DNA of 64,000 bases from Piromyces finnis finn. Taxonomy: Eukaryota; Fungi; Neocallimastigomycota. The notes beneath the pieces were generated by a model. The model worked only from the letters and a program-made list of their open reading frames with translations, ran no database searches and was not told the origin of the DNA. Shown here piece by piece: positions 1 to 12,700 of the stretch. Position 1 is the stretch's first letter, and every line of letters begins with the position of its first letter. The stretch is taken from NCBI GenBank assembly GCA_002104945.1, contig MCFH01000068.1:1-64000 (forward strand), given 5' to 3'. Both the position numbers and the translations under genes were made by a program.

Positions 1-718
1 GAATATTAGGATTTCTTAAGAATTTACTGACTGAAAAAAGTCCTTTCAAAACCTTGTTATTAAGAGCTTTAATAACTGGTTTAAGGGACAGATTCTTATC
101 AAATGGAACACCAAGATAAGTATAAAAATCATTAGTTGGAATGGGTTGTCCGCTAAGTAAAATGTTGGATCTCTCTTGTTCTGATTTTCTATTGATTCAG
201 GACGAATCACCATCGTTGAACATTTCCGGATACCAAATTCCCATTTCATTATACAAGGCCCATTCATTAATCTTCTAAGCATCTTTTTTAAGCATCCTCT
301 TGTTGGAGCACAAATAACTATATCATCTGCAAAAAGTCCACCACAGCATCGAGTGTCACCTAAATGACTCCAAGATCTTCGCACTCTCTAAATATATCAT
401 TAATAAAGATTAAAGAGAATAGGAGAAAGAGGGCAACCTTGACGGACTCCTTTCTTCACATCAAAAGATTTCGAGAATTGTCCATCTAATTTGACATTAG
501 CCTTAGATGTTAAATATAAATTTTTGATGAATTGTAAACTCTTACCTCGGATTCCTAAACAATCTAATTTATGGAGAATTTACGATTGGGACTGAATCGT
601 ATGCTTTCCTGAGATCTAAAAAAGGCCAAATATGTCTCTTTATTATCTAATTGACGTCTACGGCATATTTCTTGGTTGAAATGAAAAGACTGATACTTTC
701 TTCCTTTTTCGAAAAACA
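1..718 (-). repeat. Inverted duplicate (fold-back arm) of LINE RT sequence at ~818-1544
   Basis: Base 1 mirrors base 1544 (gaatattagg / cctaatattc). The arms differ mainly by single-base indels. ORF 46..384 is the frameshifted RT mirror. Confidence 0.92.
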
Positions 719-754
719 ATTTTTTTTTTTTCGAAAACAAATTTTAGTCTATGA

Positions 755-3079
755 AATTCTTGTCACCACTAGAATTTCAGAATATGGTCTAATGAATAAT
801 TCATTAGACCTGAACAATTTGGTTTTCGAAAAAAGGAAGAAAGTATCAGTCTTTTCATTTCAATCCAAGAAATATGCCGTAGACGTCAATTAGATAATAA
901 AGAGACATATTTGGCCTTTTTAGATCTCAGGAAAGCATACGATTCAGTCCCAATCGGTAATATTCTCCATAAATTAGATTGTTTAGGAATCCGAGGTAAG
1001 AGTTTACAATTCATCAAAAATTTATATTTAACATCTAAGGCTAATGTCAAATTAGATGGACAATTCTCGAAATCTTTTGATGTGAAGAAAGGAGTCCGTC
1101 AAGGTTGCCCTCTTTCTCCTATTCTCTTTAATCTCTTTATTAATGATATATTTAGAGAGTGCGAAGATCTTGGAGTCAGTTTAGGTGACACTCGATGCTG
1201 TGGTGGACTTTTTGCAGATGATATAGTTATTTGTGCTCCAACAAGAGGATGCTTAAAAAAGATGCTTAGAAGAGTTAATGAATGGGCCTTGTATAATGAA
1301 ATGGAATTTGGTATCCGGAAATGTTCAACGATGGTGATTCGTCCTGAATCAATAGAAAATCAGAACAAGAGAGATCCAACATTTTACTTAGCAGGACAAC
1401 CCATTCCAACTAATGATTGTTATACTTATCTTGGTGTTCCATTTGATAAGAATCTGTCCCTTAAACCAGTTATTAAAGCTCTTAATAACAAGGTTTTGAA
1501 AGGACTTTTTTCAGTCAGTAAATTCTTAAGAAATCCTAATATTCCTATTCCCTTCAAAAAGCTAGTACTTAACTCACAAGTGATTAGCAGAGTTTCATAC
1601 TTTGCACCATTACTTGGATCCAACAAAGCTAGGTCTAGGATTGCTCAGAAGCATGTTAACAAAGGAATACGATGGGTTGCCGGAGTTCATAAAGCTGTAT
1701 CGTTTATATCTTTATACTCTATTTCAAAAGATTTGAATATTCCTCCATTGTCAGCCAAATGTGCGTTAGCTCAGGTTAGATGTTTTAACAAATGGAAAAA
1801 CTCAAATTGTATTATCTCACACCTTGTCAATTACATTCCTAAATTTAGAAAATACACGTGGTGCAAATCAAGTAGGACACTTGATAAAAAACTAAAGAAA
1901 CATGGAGATGTTAGAGCAGTTAAAAACTCTTATTGGAAAGATCTCAAAGGGAATTCAATCAAAGCGCAATATTATGATGATAATAAATTTATTGAAACTA
2001 AAGATTTTATCAATTATGTTATGAATACCCAGAGTTTGCCTATGGCTTCTACTGGCTATTGAAAGCAAGAAGCGGATACAAGTTGGATGCTAGAGTTGCC
2101 AAAGCTGCTAAATTTGTTGATCCAGTTTGTCCTAACTACTGTCCATGTTGCAAGTGTGGTGTTCAAAGTATTAAACATTGGTTATTAGATTGTCCAACAT
2201 TTAGAGATATCCGTATTAAACATTATGATTCCATAGTCCAGCTACTTAATTTTTTCAGTCAACGTAATTCCAATAGTCCTATCAATAATAATGAAATTGA
2301 TAATATCAGTAGAGATAGTAATAACATTAATAGTAATAGTAACAATAGTAATAATAACAATAGTAGTAATAGAAATAGTAATAATAACAATAGTAATAAT
2401 AACAATAGTAGTTATAGAAATAATAATACTAGTAATGATAGCAATAGTGAAGATAATAATTCTAATTTAGATAGTAATTTAGTTAATGATAGTAATAGTT
2501 CTAATAATCCGGTGAATATTAATGTGTATGATTATTCTAGTGTGTGCAGTAAAATATTTAAATTCCTTCTTGGGGGAAGAAGTTTTAACAATATTAATTA
2601 CAATTCAAGGGAATGGAAAGAACTTTGTAAGCGTCAGATTCAATCTGGTACTAATGAAGGAACACCATTCTTGACGGTAACCGCGGAACTTCTAACCAAA
2701 ATCATGCCTTTTGCTATTGGCCAGCAATGGTCAATGTTCAAAAGGTTTGAAGCAACATCCAAGAGCGTCAATGCTGAAGAAACAGTAAGACAGGCCAGGA
2801 GGGCCAGCGCAACCAATGGAGATCATAATTTTGTTCCATGATAAAATTTCGATCTTTGGCTCGGTGTCCCATTGGAAGTCAAATACAATTATTATACTTT
2901 AGTATGATAGTGGCTTTCTTACTTTAATTAAAATTACTAGAATACATTATACCCAATTTTTATTCATTTGTGTTTAATTAAACATATTTTTTTTTATTTT
3001 TATTTTTATTTTTAATTTTTTTATTACATGTATTATAATTTTAATTAAATTAATAATAAAGTTTAAAATATTTGATGCC

Positions 3080-3128
<49 letters not shown>
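755..3128 (+). mobile_element. 5'-truncated non-LTR retrotransposon (LINE family A) with poly(A) tail
   Basis: RT motifs (AFLDLRKAYDSVP, GVRQGCPLSP, FADD, YLG), C-terminal CPCC..H....C knuckle, 3' UTR 2842-3082, poly(A) 3083-3128. Confidence 0.93.
911..2841 (+). pseudogene. LINE ORF2 remnant (RT plus C-terminal zinc knuckle), frameshifted at ~2059
   Basis: ORFs 911..2062 and 2059..2841 overlap by 4 nt and together match ORF 3523..5634 end to end. Confidence 0.88.
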
Positions 3129-3132
<4 letters not shown>

Positions 3133-3522
3133 CATTTATATAAATGAAGTTTACCAAGGGGCTCTACTCAAGTCATGGTACTGAGCGAGTAGAAAAAATA
3201 AAATCCAATCATTCCGCAATGGATGTTTGGTTAGATCTCTATTTGTAAAAATATAAGGACTAAGCTCATGATACTGAGCGAATTAATACTTTTCCATCGA
3301 GTATTAGTTTATTAGATGGATAAGTTGAATGTTTGATATTCAGATAAGTTTGTATAATATTTAATTAGAAGAGTAATACATTTTTGTTGCTGTATTTTTT
3401 TTTAATTCATGTATTCATGTAGTACTACTCTTCTCATGTAAGAATCCAATTTAGTCAACTTTAGCATTTGCATTGTATTTTTATATTCATGTAGCTATTG
3501 TTGAGTTGTTTCCTGTAAGAGA

Positions 3523-5634
3523 TTGATTCACTCTTCATCATATAAAAATACCATTAGAGAAATCTGTCAAAGAAGAAAATTTAAAGGAAAAGCCACATAT
3601 GTTGCTTTTCTAGACCTTAAAAAAGCATACGACTCAGTTCCTATTTTTAATATTCTTACAAAGTTATATAAATTAGGTATACGTGGTAAATGTTTTGATT
3701 TTCTCAATAATCTCTACTCTACCTCAAAAGCTCGTGCACGTTTCTTGGATATGCTTTCTAATGAATTTCCTATCAATCGTGGTGTAAGACAAGGATGTCC
3801 TCTTTCTCCTATTCTATTTAACCTCTTCATCAATGATATTTTAAATAAATGCGAAAGACTTGGAGTTAGCTTAGGAAATAAACGTTGCTGTGGTGGCCTT
3901 TTCGCTGATGATATTGTTCTGATTGCTCCTAGCAAGAAGAACCTTCAAAAGATGCTCAATCTAGTGCATGATTGGGCTAATTTAAATGAAATGTCTTTTG
4001 GAATAAATAAATGTGCAACTATTGTTGTTAAACCTATCAACTTTAATAGATCCCCTAGTTATGTTGACCCAACATTTTACATCGGTATGTACTCGATTCC
4101 AAAGGTTTCTTGCTACACTTATCTGGGAATCCCATTCGACGAAGATCTTTCTCTGACTCCTATTTTGTCTAATATGTACAAAAAAGTTCAGAAATCTTTA
4201 TTCTTTTTTAAGAGCTTCCTCACCAACAATTGTGTTCCTATCGGCTTAAAAAATATAGTAATTCATTCCTATATATTAAGCAAAGTCTCTTATTATGCTC
4301 CATTACTTGGTTCCAACAAAAATAGAACTAGAAGAGTCCAATCTCTTATCAATACTGCTATTTTATGGAGTGTTAATAGTTTTCACAATAAAAGCCTTAA
4401 TAACAAAGATTTTGTTTTTGAACGAAATTCATTTATTAGTCTGTATGCTCTTACGAGAGATATGAAGATCCCTACCCTTTCAGGTATTTGTGCTGCGCAA
4501 CAAGTGAAATGCTTTGTTAAATGGAGAAAATCAAATTGTATTATAAAAGATCTCGTCCGATCTATTCCTCCCATGTCTCATTACTCTTGGGCCAAAGAAT
4601 CTTGTTCACTACATAAGAAGCTTATGAAAATAAATATTAAAAGTACTAAAGATATCAGAGAACATTATTGGAATAATAGTAGCCTAAATAATGGAAGTAA
4701 AGCCCTCAGATATACTAACAACAAATTCCTTAATTCCAATCGCCTAATGCATATCGGTCTCAACAAACCTCACTTAAATTTAGGAATTACCTGGATTATT
4801 CGTATTCGATGCGGTTATGAAAACACTACCCGAATTGCTATTGCCAGTAATAGAGTTACTCCTGACTGCCCTCGTGTCTGTCCATGTTGCGGATATGACG
4901 AACAATCTTTTTACCATTGGATATTAGAATGTTCTGCATTCTCTGAGTACAGAACTTCTTCACTTAGCTTTCTTGACGATCTTTTTACCCTTTTTTACAA
5001 TAAATATAAGAATCTATTCATCACATACTTACTCCCCGAAACGGAAGTAAGAAAAACAATTTATAACTATATTTTTACGTTCCTTCTTGGTGGAACTTTA
5101 GCTTATGATGAGCTACAAATCGATAAGGCGGAACAAAGACATTTGAATGAACAGCTTTACAGTTCATCGGGGTCTCATGTTCCATATGTAGAGGGTCTCG
5201 CGGCTTTTCTTACTAAAACAATCCCTATCATTAGTAGCTCTATGAAGCTACTTTTTGATAGGTTTAGTAAGACACCTAACGTAATCAAGAGCGCCGACGT
5301 CGTACCGATATGGCAAAGGAACATTCTTAATGTTCCGTACACAGGGTTCAATGTTAGTATTTCTTTGAATGAAAACATTATGAACTCATGGGAGAGTTTA
5401 GTGGACACCACACTATCATACCTGATGTTGATGTTACTTCTTTTTTTTATTTCATTTAATTTATTAGGTAGGGACCAATCCCACACAGTACAAATTGCAG
5501 AGTTCATTGAACTTTTATGCAACTTAAATGATTATTTTATATTATTTTATATTTATATTTTTATTTATATATATTTTATTATTTTTATTTATTATTTATT
5601 ATATCAATATGTATTATCACCTAATATTATGTAA
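3523..5634 (+). CDS. LINE ORF2 fragment (RT plus zinc knuckle). The first ~10 aa come from target DNA and the hydrophobic tail is probably 3' UTR read-through.
   Basis: AFLDLKKAYDSVP, RQGCPLSP, FADD, CPCCGYDEQSFYHWILEC. Confidence 0.8.
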   Translation: MIHSSSYKNTIREICQRRKFKGKATYVAFLDLKKAYDSVPIFNILTKLYKLGIRGKCFDFLNNLYSTSKARARFLDMLSNEFPINRGVRQGCPLSPILFNLFINDILNKCERLGVSLGNKRCCGGLFADDIVLIAPSKKNLQKMLNLVHDWANLNEMSFGINKCATIVVKPINFNRSPSYVDPTFYIGMYSIPKVSCYTYLGIPFDEDLSLTPILSNMYKKVQKSLFFFKSFLTNNCVPIGLKNIVIHSYILSKVSYYAPLLGSNKNRTRRVQSLINTAILWSVNSFHNKSLNNKDFVFERNSFISLYALTRDMKIPTLSGICAAQQVKCFVKWRKSNCIIKDLVRSIPPMSHYSWAKESCSLHKKLMKINIKSTKDIREHYWNNSSLNNGSKALRYTNNKFLNSNRLMHIGLNKPHLNLGITWIIRIRCGYENTTRIAIASNRVTPDCPRVCPCCGYDEQSFYHWILECSAFSEYRTSSLSFLDDLFTLFYNKYKNLFITYLLPETEVRKTIYNYIFTFLLGGTLAYDELQIDKAEQRHLNEQLYSSSGSHVPYVEGLAAFLTKTIPIISSSMKLLFDRFSKTPNVIKSADVVPIWQRNILNVPYTGFNVSISLNENIMNSWESLVDTTLSYLMLMLLLFFISFNLLGRDQSHTVQIAEFIELLCNLNDYFILFYIYIFIYIYFIIFIYYLLYQYVLSPNIM

Positions 5635-5682
5635 TATCATTAATTAAATAAATAAAATAAAAGATATGTATTCTCTTCCTAG

Positions 5683-5718
<36 letters not shown>
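3552..5718 (+). mobile_element. 5'-truncated LINE (family B) with 15-bp target-site duplication
   Basis: ATCATATAAAAATAC at 3537-3551 and 5718-5732 flanks an RT ORF and the poly(A) at 5686-5718. Confidence 0.92.
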
Positions 5719-5723
<5 letters not shown>

Positions 5724-5732
5724 TAAAAATAC

Positions 5733-8012
5733 TATTCACAATCTTTCTGGTGTCGACATTCAATTCCGATTTAAGATCTTACCAATTTAAATATTTATAA
5801 AAAGTAAACTGTAACTATCTTACGACGTGGTCTTCGTTTCTTTGAATCCAACTCAAATAAATCATACCTAATTTTTATCCATGATCTTAGTTCATGGTCC
5901 AACCGACTAACGGAATTTCTTTTAAAGGACATTAAACCTTTCAATGATATTCTTCAATCCCTTACCAAAAATATTCACAATCACTCGGCACCTATTTCAT
6001 TCTAAAAGTCAATGGAAAATGACCGTTTAAAGCCATGTTACTTATACACTCACTTTCTAAAAAACTCCCAATCTCTAGTAAAATATCTTTGATATTCATT
6101 GATAAACTTAAAAACAATAGATCATATAAAAATAAACGATCTATCAAATCCACTACTGGTCCACTCTCTGACGATTTCTACTTTAGTCACTTAAATTCTA
6201 ATGCTTCCTTTTTTAATTTATGTACTTGCTGGAACATCAATTATTGGAACCCTGAGAAAAAGGACGGCGTTTTATGTTTTATACTTCACCTCTGTTTTCA
6301 AACCTGTATGTGTCTGCCTTCAAGAGGTAGGTAACAGCCAATTCCTCTGTGGTAATACAATTTCCTCCCCATGCCTACCGAACTATAATCCAGTACACAG
6401 ACATGCTAATTCTAAAGTTCCAGGTATGAGAGGACTTTACATTGGTGCTCATAACTCTTGTTCCATTACACCTGAACCTCTTCTATATAAGTACATTATT
6501 TCAGTTACAATATTGTCATTTTGGAGCTAGTGATGTACCATCGGTAATATTTACTTCCCGTCCAGATGCTAGATTAATTACTTTTGATGAATATGATAAG
6601 TGGTTATCAATATATAACAAGTTCAACCACCCAGCTATCCTTGTAGGAGACCTTAATATGTCAGTTATTAAGAATAAATCTTATATGTAATAACACTTCC
6701 CTGATTGGACTATGGCAGAATTAACTGGTAATAATTTCACCTGGGAAAAAGGTTCTAAATCTTCATGCATTGACCATATTATATACAACAAAGCTATGAC
6801 AGAACACATAAACAAATCTACAGTTTGCGAAGTTTTTCACGATGTTTCTTATCACAAACCGATCCTTGTATCTTGTAAAAAAGACTCTTCATATGGTTTC
6901 AAAAAGCCTAAAAAGACCTTTAAGTGGTCAAGTCATATCTGTAAAACAAAGTGTTCTGACATTCTTACTAGTAATCGCTTTGCTGTTCTAGCTTCTGAGC
7001 TTGAAGCTAATTGTGATAGCCTATCGGCTGATGATAGGGTTTCCAAATTTTTAAATTCTTCCAAAACTATAGTAAAGATATAAAAGCCATTGTGCCTGCA
7101 GATTTAAAAGGTCCAGCATTTCATTGCCCTCAATACATCAAAAACTTATAACATGAAAAACACCTGGCTTACAAAAATATTAATCCCCTTTCAGATTGTG
7201 CTGACATGGATGATTATCTTAACCAGTTTTCCATATATTAAAATCTATGTAATACTATCAAAAATATAAAAGATTAAGAATAAATTCAGATCTAATATCT
7301 ATAAAGCTAACATTGTCTCTATTGGCAAATATTTTATTGATAAAAGCTTTAGACAAGGTTGGAAAGGGCTTAAAAAACTTTCCAAGTCAAGTTATTCGTC
7401 CTTTCATGTTTCAACTATTAAGGACAAGAATGGCAAGGATTTATTTACTCCTCAAGAACAATTAAAACGTTGGGCTGAACATTATGAAAATCTTGCATCT
7501 TATGTTACAAATCACAGCTTAAATCGGGGTTACTGGGAAAGAGCCTTCCAATTCAATTATATTAATCAAATAGCATGAGATATTAATAATCCCATTTCTA
7601 TTGAGGAAATTAGGAATATTGTTCTGTCAACGAAGAATATTAAGACTCCAGTTCCCATTGGTATCCCAATTGAATTCTTCAAAGCTTTCTTTTGTAACGA
7701 AGAACTGGAAAAAGAACATAAGTCTGCTGGAAATTGTTTTAAATTTATTTTTAATAAAATCTGGAATGGTTCCTTTCCTTTAAAATGGAACTCTGCTTTT
7801 CTAGACCTTAAAAGCATACGACTCAGTTCCTATTTTTAATATCCTTACAAAGTTATATAAATTAGGTATGCGTAGTAAGTGTTTTGATTTTCTCAATAAT
7901 CTCTACTTTACCTCAAAAGCTTGTGAACTTTTCTTGGATATGCTTTCTAATGAGTTCCTTATCAACCATGGTATAAGACAAGGATGTCCTTTTTTTCATA
8001 TTCTATTTAACC
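5733..8012 (+). pseudogene. Degenerate LINE family B copy: APE endonuclease and deleted RT
   Basis: APE motifs in broken frames (CTWNIN, CLQEV, VGDLN, SCIDH, SYHKP). 7796-8010 matches 3604-3822 at the DNA level. Confidence 0.85.
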
Positions 8013-8170
8013 CTACCATATCGCTGAACCTGCTCTGAAGCCAGTTTCAGTGATATTGGTAGTATATTACTGCAATTGTTTGAGGACGTGTAGAGCATCC
8101 TATTTAATATGCTAGTTTTGCTTTAACGAAAGCTAGGTTAAACTATCCTATTACTGAAACTGGAGGTACC

Positions 8171-8775
8171 TGTAAAGATATCAAACTCATCAGCTTGATA
8201 TCTTTAATGTTACTTAAACAACAAATGTTATTGTTAAAGTTACACGAATTATATTACAGAAAAAGAAAATGGGACATAATTTATTTATTAATAATTAAAG
8301 TTTAAAACAAAATAAATTATTAATTTATTTTTAATGTTTAACAAATAAATTAAAATTCTCAATTCAAACCCCTAGTTTTAGTATTGTTTTGTAATAGAAA
8401 TAGACATCTAGTATATAATTATTAAATGTTTAATATATCAATAATACATGGGCACATATTCAAATTGAATAGTACTTAATTTGAATTGCCAATTGTATTT
8501 TACTAAAAATAGTTATAGTTTAAATATTTATTAATAATTAAGATTTTAGTGTAGATTTTAAATAATAATATGTAAGAAATAAATAGTTATAATATAATAT
8601 AAATGTATTTAGGAAAAATATAAATAGAAAATATTTTTCATCATTTTATCGATGTAATTGTTATTAATATAATTTCTATTATAATAAAAAATATTTTTTA
8701 ACAAACAATTTTATTTTTATTTAAATCTTTGGTGTTATTGTAATAGAATAGATATCTTTCGATTTTCAACATTAC
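8171..8775 (+). mobile_element. Solo LTR, family A (~605 bp)
   Basis: TGTAA...TTACA termini, reverse complement of 18506-19108. Flanks (GTACC/TTAAT) do not match. Confidence 0.88.
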
Positions 8776-9490
8776 ATTAATCATTTAAACATTTGATCCT
8801 TATTAGTAATTATAAAAACTATTCAATTAATAATTCATCATTATTAACTGATATTAACATAACGTATTTGTTATAATTAAATAATTATTATTTTAAAAAT
8901 TATTTCTAATAAAACTTGCCGTTAACATATTTTATAATAATTAAGATTATTTAATTTATAGGTGTTAACTGTTACACTTAAATGGGTCTAGTTCTATTTT
9001 TAGTAATAGTCATTATCATTAATTAAATTAATATAACTAAAATTCCTATTGATATATTTTTAATTTCATCAAGGCATAAGAAATATTTATGATCCATACT
9101 TGATATCATATTGATTTTGATTTACCTATTAAAATCTTTAAATGATCATAACTTCCTTAAATGATCAGTTAGAAGGACCGCGATTGTACCAAATTGTAGC
9201 TTTCTTCCTAAGCTTTCCAATAAACCTAGTTTCAAAACTATATTTAAAGGCGGTAGCGATCGTTTTTGGCGAGTTACGCCTTATTTCGTACTTGCTTATT
9301 TTTGGCTAAGGGTTATAGTGTATTGATATTAAATTTTTGAAATCATAACCCTTTCACTGAATCAAAATTTAAAAGGTGACTTTTAAAGGCGTTTTAAAAT
9401 AATTGTTGAAATTATTTAATTATAATTATTGTGTTTAATTAATTATAGATATTATCTGAATTCGTTTTAAATCCAGTTAATATCTTCACA
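8776..9490. mobile_element. Partial LTR, family I
   Basis: Near-identical to 41088-41800; ends ATCTTCACA. Confidence 0.8.
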
Positions 9491-9750
9491 TGGTTTCAAT
9501 TGAAATAATTGTAGGCAAATTTATGACCACAATTATTTCTTACAATACTTGAAATAACTAAATTGTTTTATTGGTTAGTAACTAAGACTTTGGATCTGAA
9601 TGACACTAATTCGAGACCTCGTAGAAACTATTTTAAAATTAGAATTTTATTTTATTTTAATCTTAAATTTTATTTTTATGAAGATTATTGATTGGTTAAA
9701 GATTTTAAGTTGAAAAAATTTTATAAATTAATTTAAAAAATTTTAGTATA
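9491..9750. mobile_element. End fragment of LTR family D (9491-9544) abutting a fragment of LTR family L (9545-9750)
   Basis: 9491-9544 resembles 14755-14807; 9545-9750 resembles 45085-45290. Confidence 0.7.
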
Positions 9751-12700
9751 TGTAACAAAGCAAGAGACTCAGATTAACACAACACTAATTAACTATTGTT
9801 TGTATTAATAGTATATTTTATTAATAATTTTATTATTTAATATTATTAATACAAATTAACCTTAATACTAATTCTAAAGACTAAATTTATATGAATTTTA
9901 TAAATTATTTATATTTACTATTTATAATTATTCTTATTTAATAATTATGAATAAACATTATTCATATTGATTGGTAACTTCAATTATTCAAATAAAAAAA
10001 AGAAGAAATAGAAATAGACAAATATTATGGATTAAATATAGCGATTGCTATATTTAATCCACAATATAGAGAACCCGGAGTCGAACACATGACAAGTAGG
10101 TCAGCATCCAACAACCTGACGGCGAAGCCAGCTTGAGGAACCCCGAAATACAATGATAACGGATTGGTAGTTATATTACAACTTTTTAAACTACTTATTC
10201 GTTACCTTATATTGTTTTATCTCGACAGCTATTGTACGAGCTTTAACAATATCTACTTGTTTTATTATTTATTTTAATTTATTTTATAATATTTTATAAT
10301 ATTTATAGTTTTATTATTTAATAATATTTATATAGAATAATAACACCAGATTTATTCTATAAAATATTATTTATTATTAACACAATAATTACAAACTAGA
10401 CAAGTTTAATTTCGTTTTTATATTTTCTTTTATTTATTGTTTTTATACTCTTTTTTAACAATAATTTTTATTATATAAAAACTTATTTTTGTCTTTTAAT
10501 TATTATTATGTATTATTTAACTAACTATATTAACTATTATTAAAAATTCAACTTCTTATTAATATGTTAAGTCTTCCCATTTTCTACTAAAAATTATTAT
10601 TATTCTTTATATTAAAAATTATTTTTATAATTTAACCCAATCAAATATATAAATTTATAAAATATTTGATTTTATGTAAATTATATTTTTATGCTAAACT
10701 ATATAAAATTATTTAATAATTATTTTTATAATAAAACGTTCTACAAATATCAAATTTATAATATATTTATAATTATTATTTATCAACAATTTCTTAGAAA
10801 AGGTACAAAACCTTTATACGTTACAATGCCCTCCTTCTAATGTCATGAATATTAGTGGATTCATGATAATTTATTTAAATAATGTTTTATTCATTTGATG
10901 TGGAAGGAAATTTAAATAAATGAAATAGTTAGTCATTCCTCCCTCAAATGATTAAAATGACTTAAGAAAGTAATAAAGATAAGTCATAAGCTTAAAGTCA
11001 TTATATAAATATTTAATAAATTTTAATTTATAGAATAGTTAATTATATTAAAATTGGAATCATGTATTTTATAATTAATGTAACTTTATTAAATAGAATA
11101 ATTATTTATTAATTGATTTAAAAATTATAAATACTCGAAATTAATTCAACAATTGAATTTTTGGAGAAATCATTAAGCTTTATAACTCTATTTAATGATT
11201 AATAAAATATTTGATTAATAAAATGTATTAATAAATTTATTAATAAATAAAAGTATTACAATAAAACATAATTTATATTAATTTAATAAGTAGGGTTAGG
11301 GCATTCTGACCTAACTTACCTCAATTCATCTTAAATCCTTAACATCTAATGTCGGATTCCAAAAGACATTGAATGTGGTTTGTCTGGAAACTTTTTGTGG
11401 AAATCTTTCAGTAACTCGGGGCATGTATGTCTTCTGCGTTTTCCCATGAGCGATCTTCAGCAGGATATCTTTTCCAATCAACAAGATACTGAAGTACTCC
11501 GTTGTTAATTCTAGAATCCAATATTTCATTTACTTCATACTCTAGTTCATCGTTTACTAAAATGGGAGGCGGCTTCTGGATGTCTCGGTTTTCAAAGGTA
11601 TTCTCAATATAGGGCTCGAGATTAGATATATGGAAAATGGGGTGTCTTAACTTGAAATTTTGTTATTCCAAGCATTCAATAATTTCATATGGTCCTGATT
11701 TTCTAGGGTCTAACTTCTTCACATTTGTTTTTCCTTTGGGATAGAGTAACCATACTTTGTCATCTACATTTAAACTGGGAGGCTCTTGTCTTTTTCTATC
11801 AGCATATTTTTTAAATTTTTCTTGAGCTTCTTTCATATTTTCCTTGAGTTTGTCAAGTGTAGTACCAATGTCGCATACAACTTTCTCCGCTTCTGGAACT
11901 AAAGATGTTATTGGAAGGTCGATTAAAAATTCTGGATTATACTTTAAATTAGCCTCGAAAGGTGACATTTTAATAGATTCCTGAATAGCATTGTTATAGG
12001 CAAATTCTGCGAGTGAGATATACGAACTCCAGTCAGAATGTTTAATGTTAGTGAAGCACCTGAGATACTGTTCAATTATACTATTAAGTCTTTCTGTTTG
12101 CCCATCAGTCTGTTGGTGATAAGCAGTTGAGAGTTTGGATTCACAGTGTAGCAGCTTACAAAAATGTTGAAAGAATTTAGAATTAAATTGTCTACCGCGA
12201 TCTGATATGATTTCATTTGGAATACCATGTAATCTAAATACATTATCCAAGATAAGTTGCGCAGTTTCTTCAGCTGAGGGAAGCTTTCTAAGTGGAATGA
12301 AATGTTCCATCTTCGATAATCTATCCACCACTGTTAGGATAGCGGAATAATTGTTCGATTTTGGTAGATCTGTAATGAAATCAAGAGATATTGACGACCA
12401 TTACTTTTCAGGTATTGAGAGTGGTTGAAGAAATCCATATGGTTTATTTTTGCTGTTTTTGTTTCTATTACATGTATCACATGAATTTACGAATCTGCGT
12501 ACATCCCCCCTCAGACTCTTCCACCAAAAGTTTCTACTAAGTTCGAGAGTTTTTCTAATACCAAAATGACCGGAAGAAGGGGAATTATGGTGGGATTGAA
12601 GAATTTCAACACGAAGAACTTAATGTAAATCCTAAGATTGTAAAGAAGAATGCCATCCTTGAAAGTTAAAGGGGAATTGGGGAGATTAAGCCTTCTGGTG

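Noticed and set aside
5340-5634. Hydrophobic, env-like tail on the LINE-B ORF
   Set aside because: It is translation of T-rich 3' UTR sequence (I/F/Y-rich) and has no counterpart in LINE-A.
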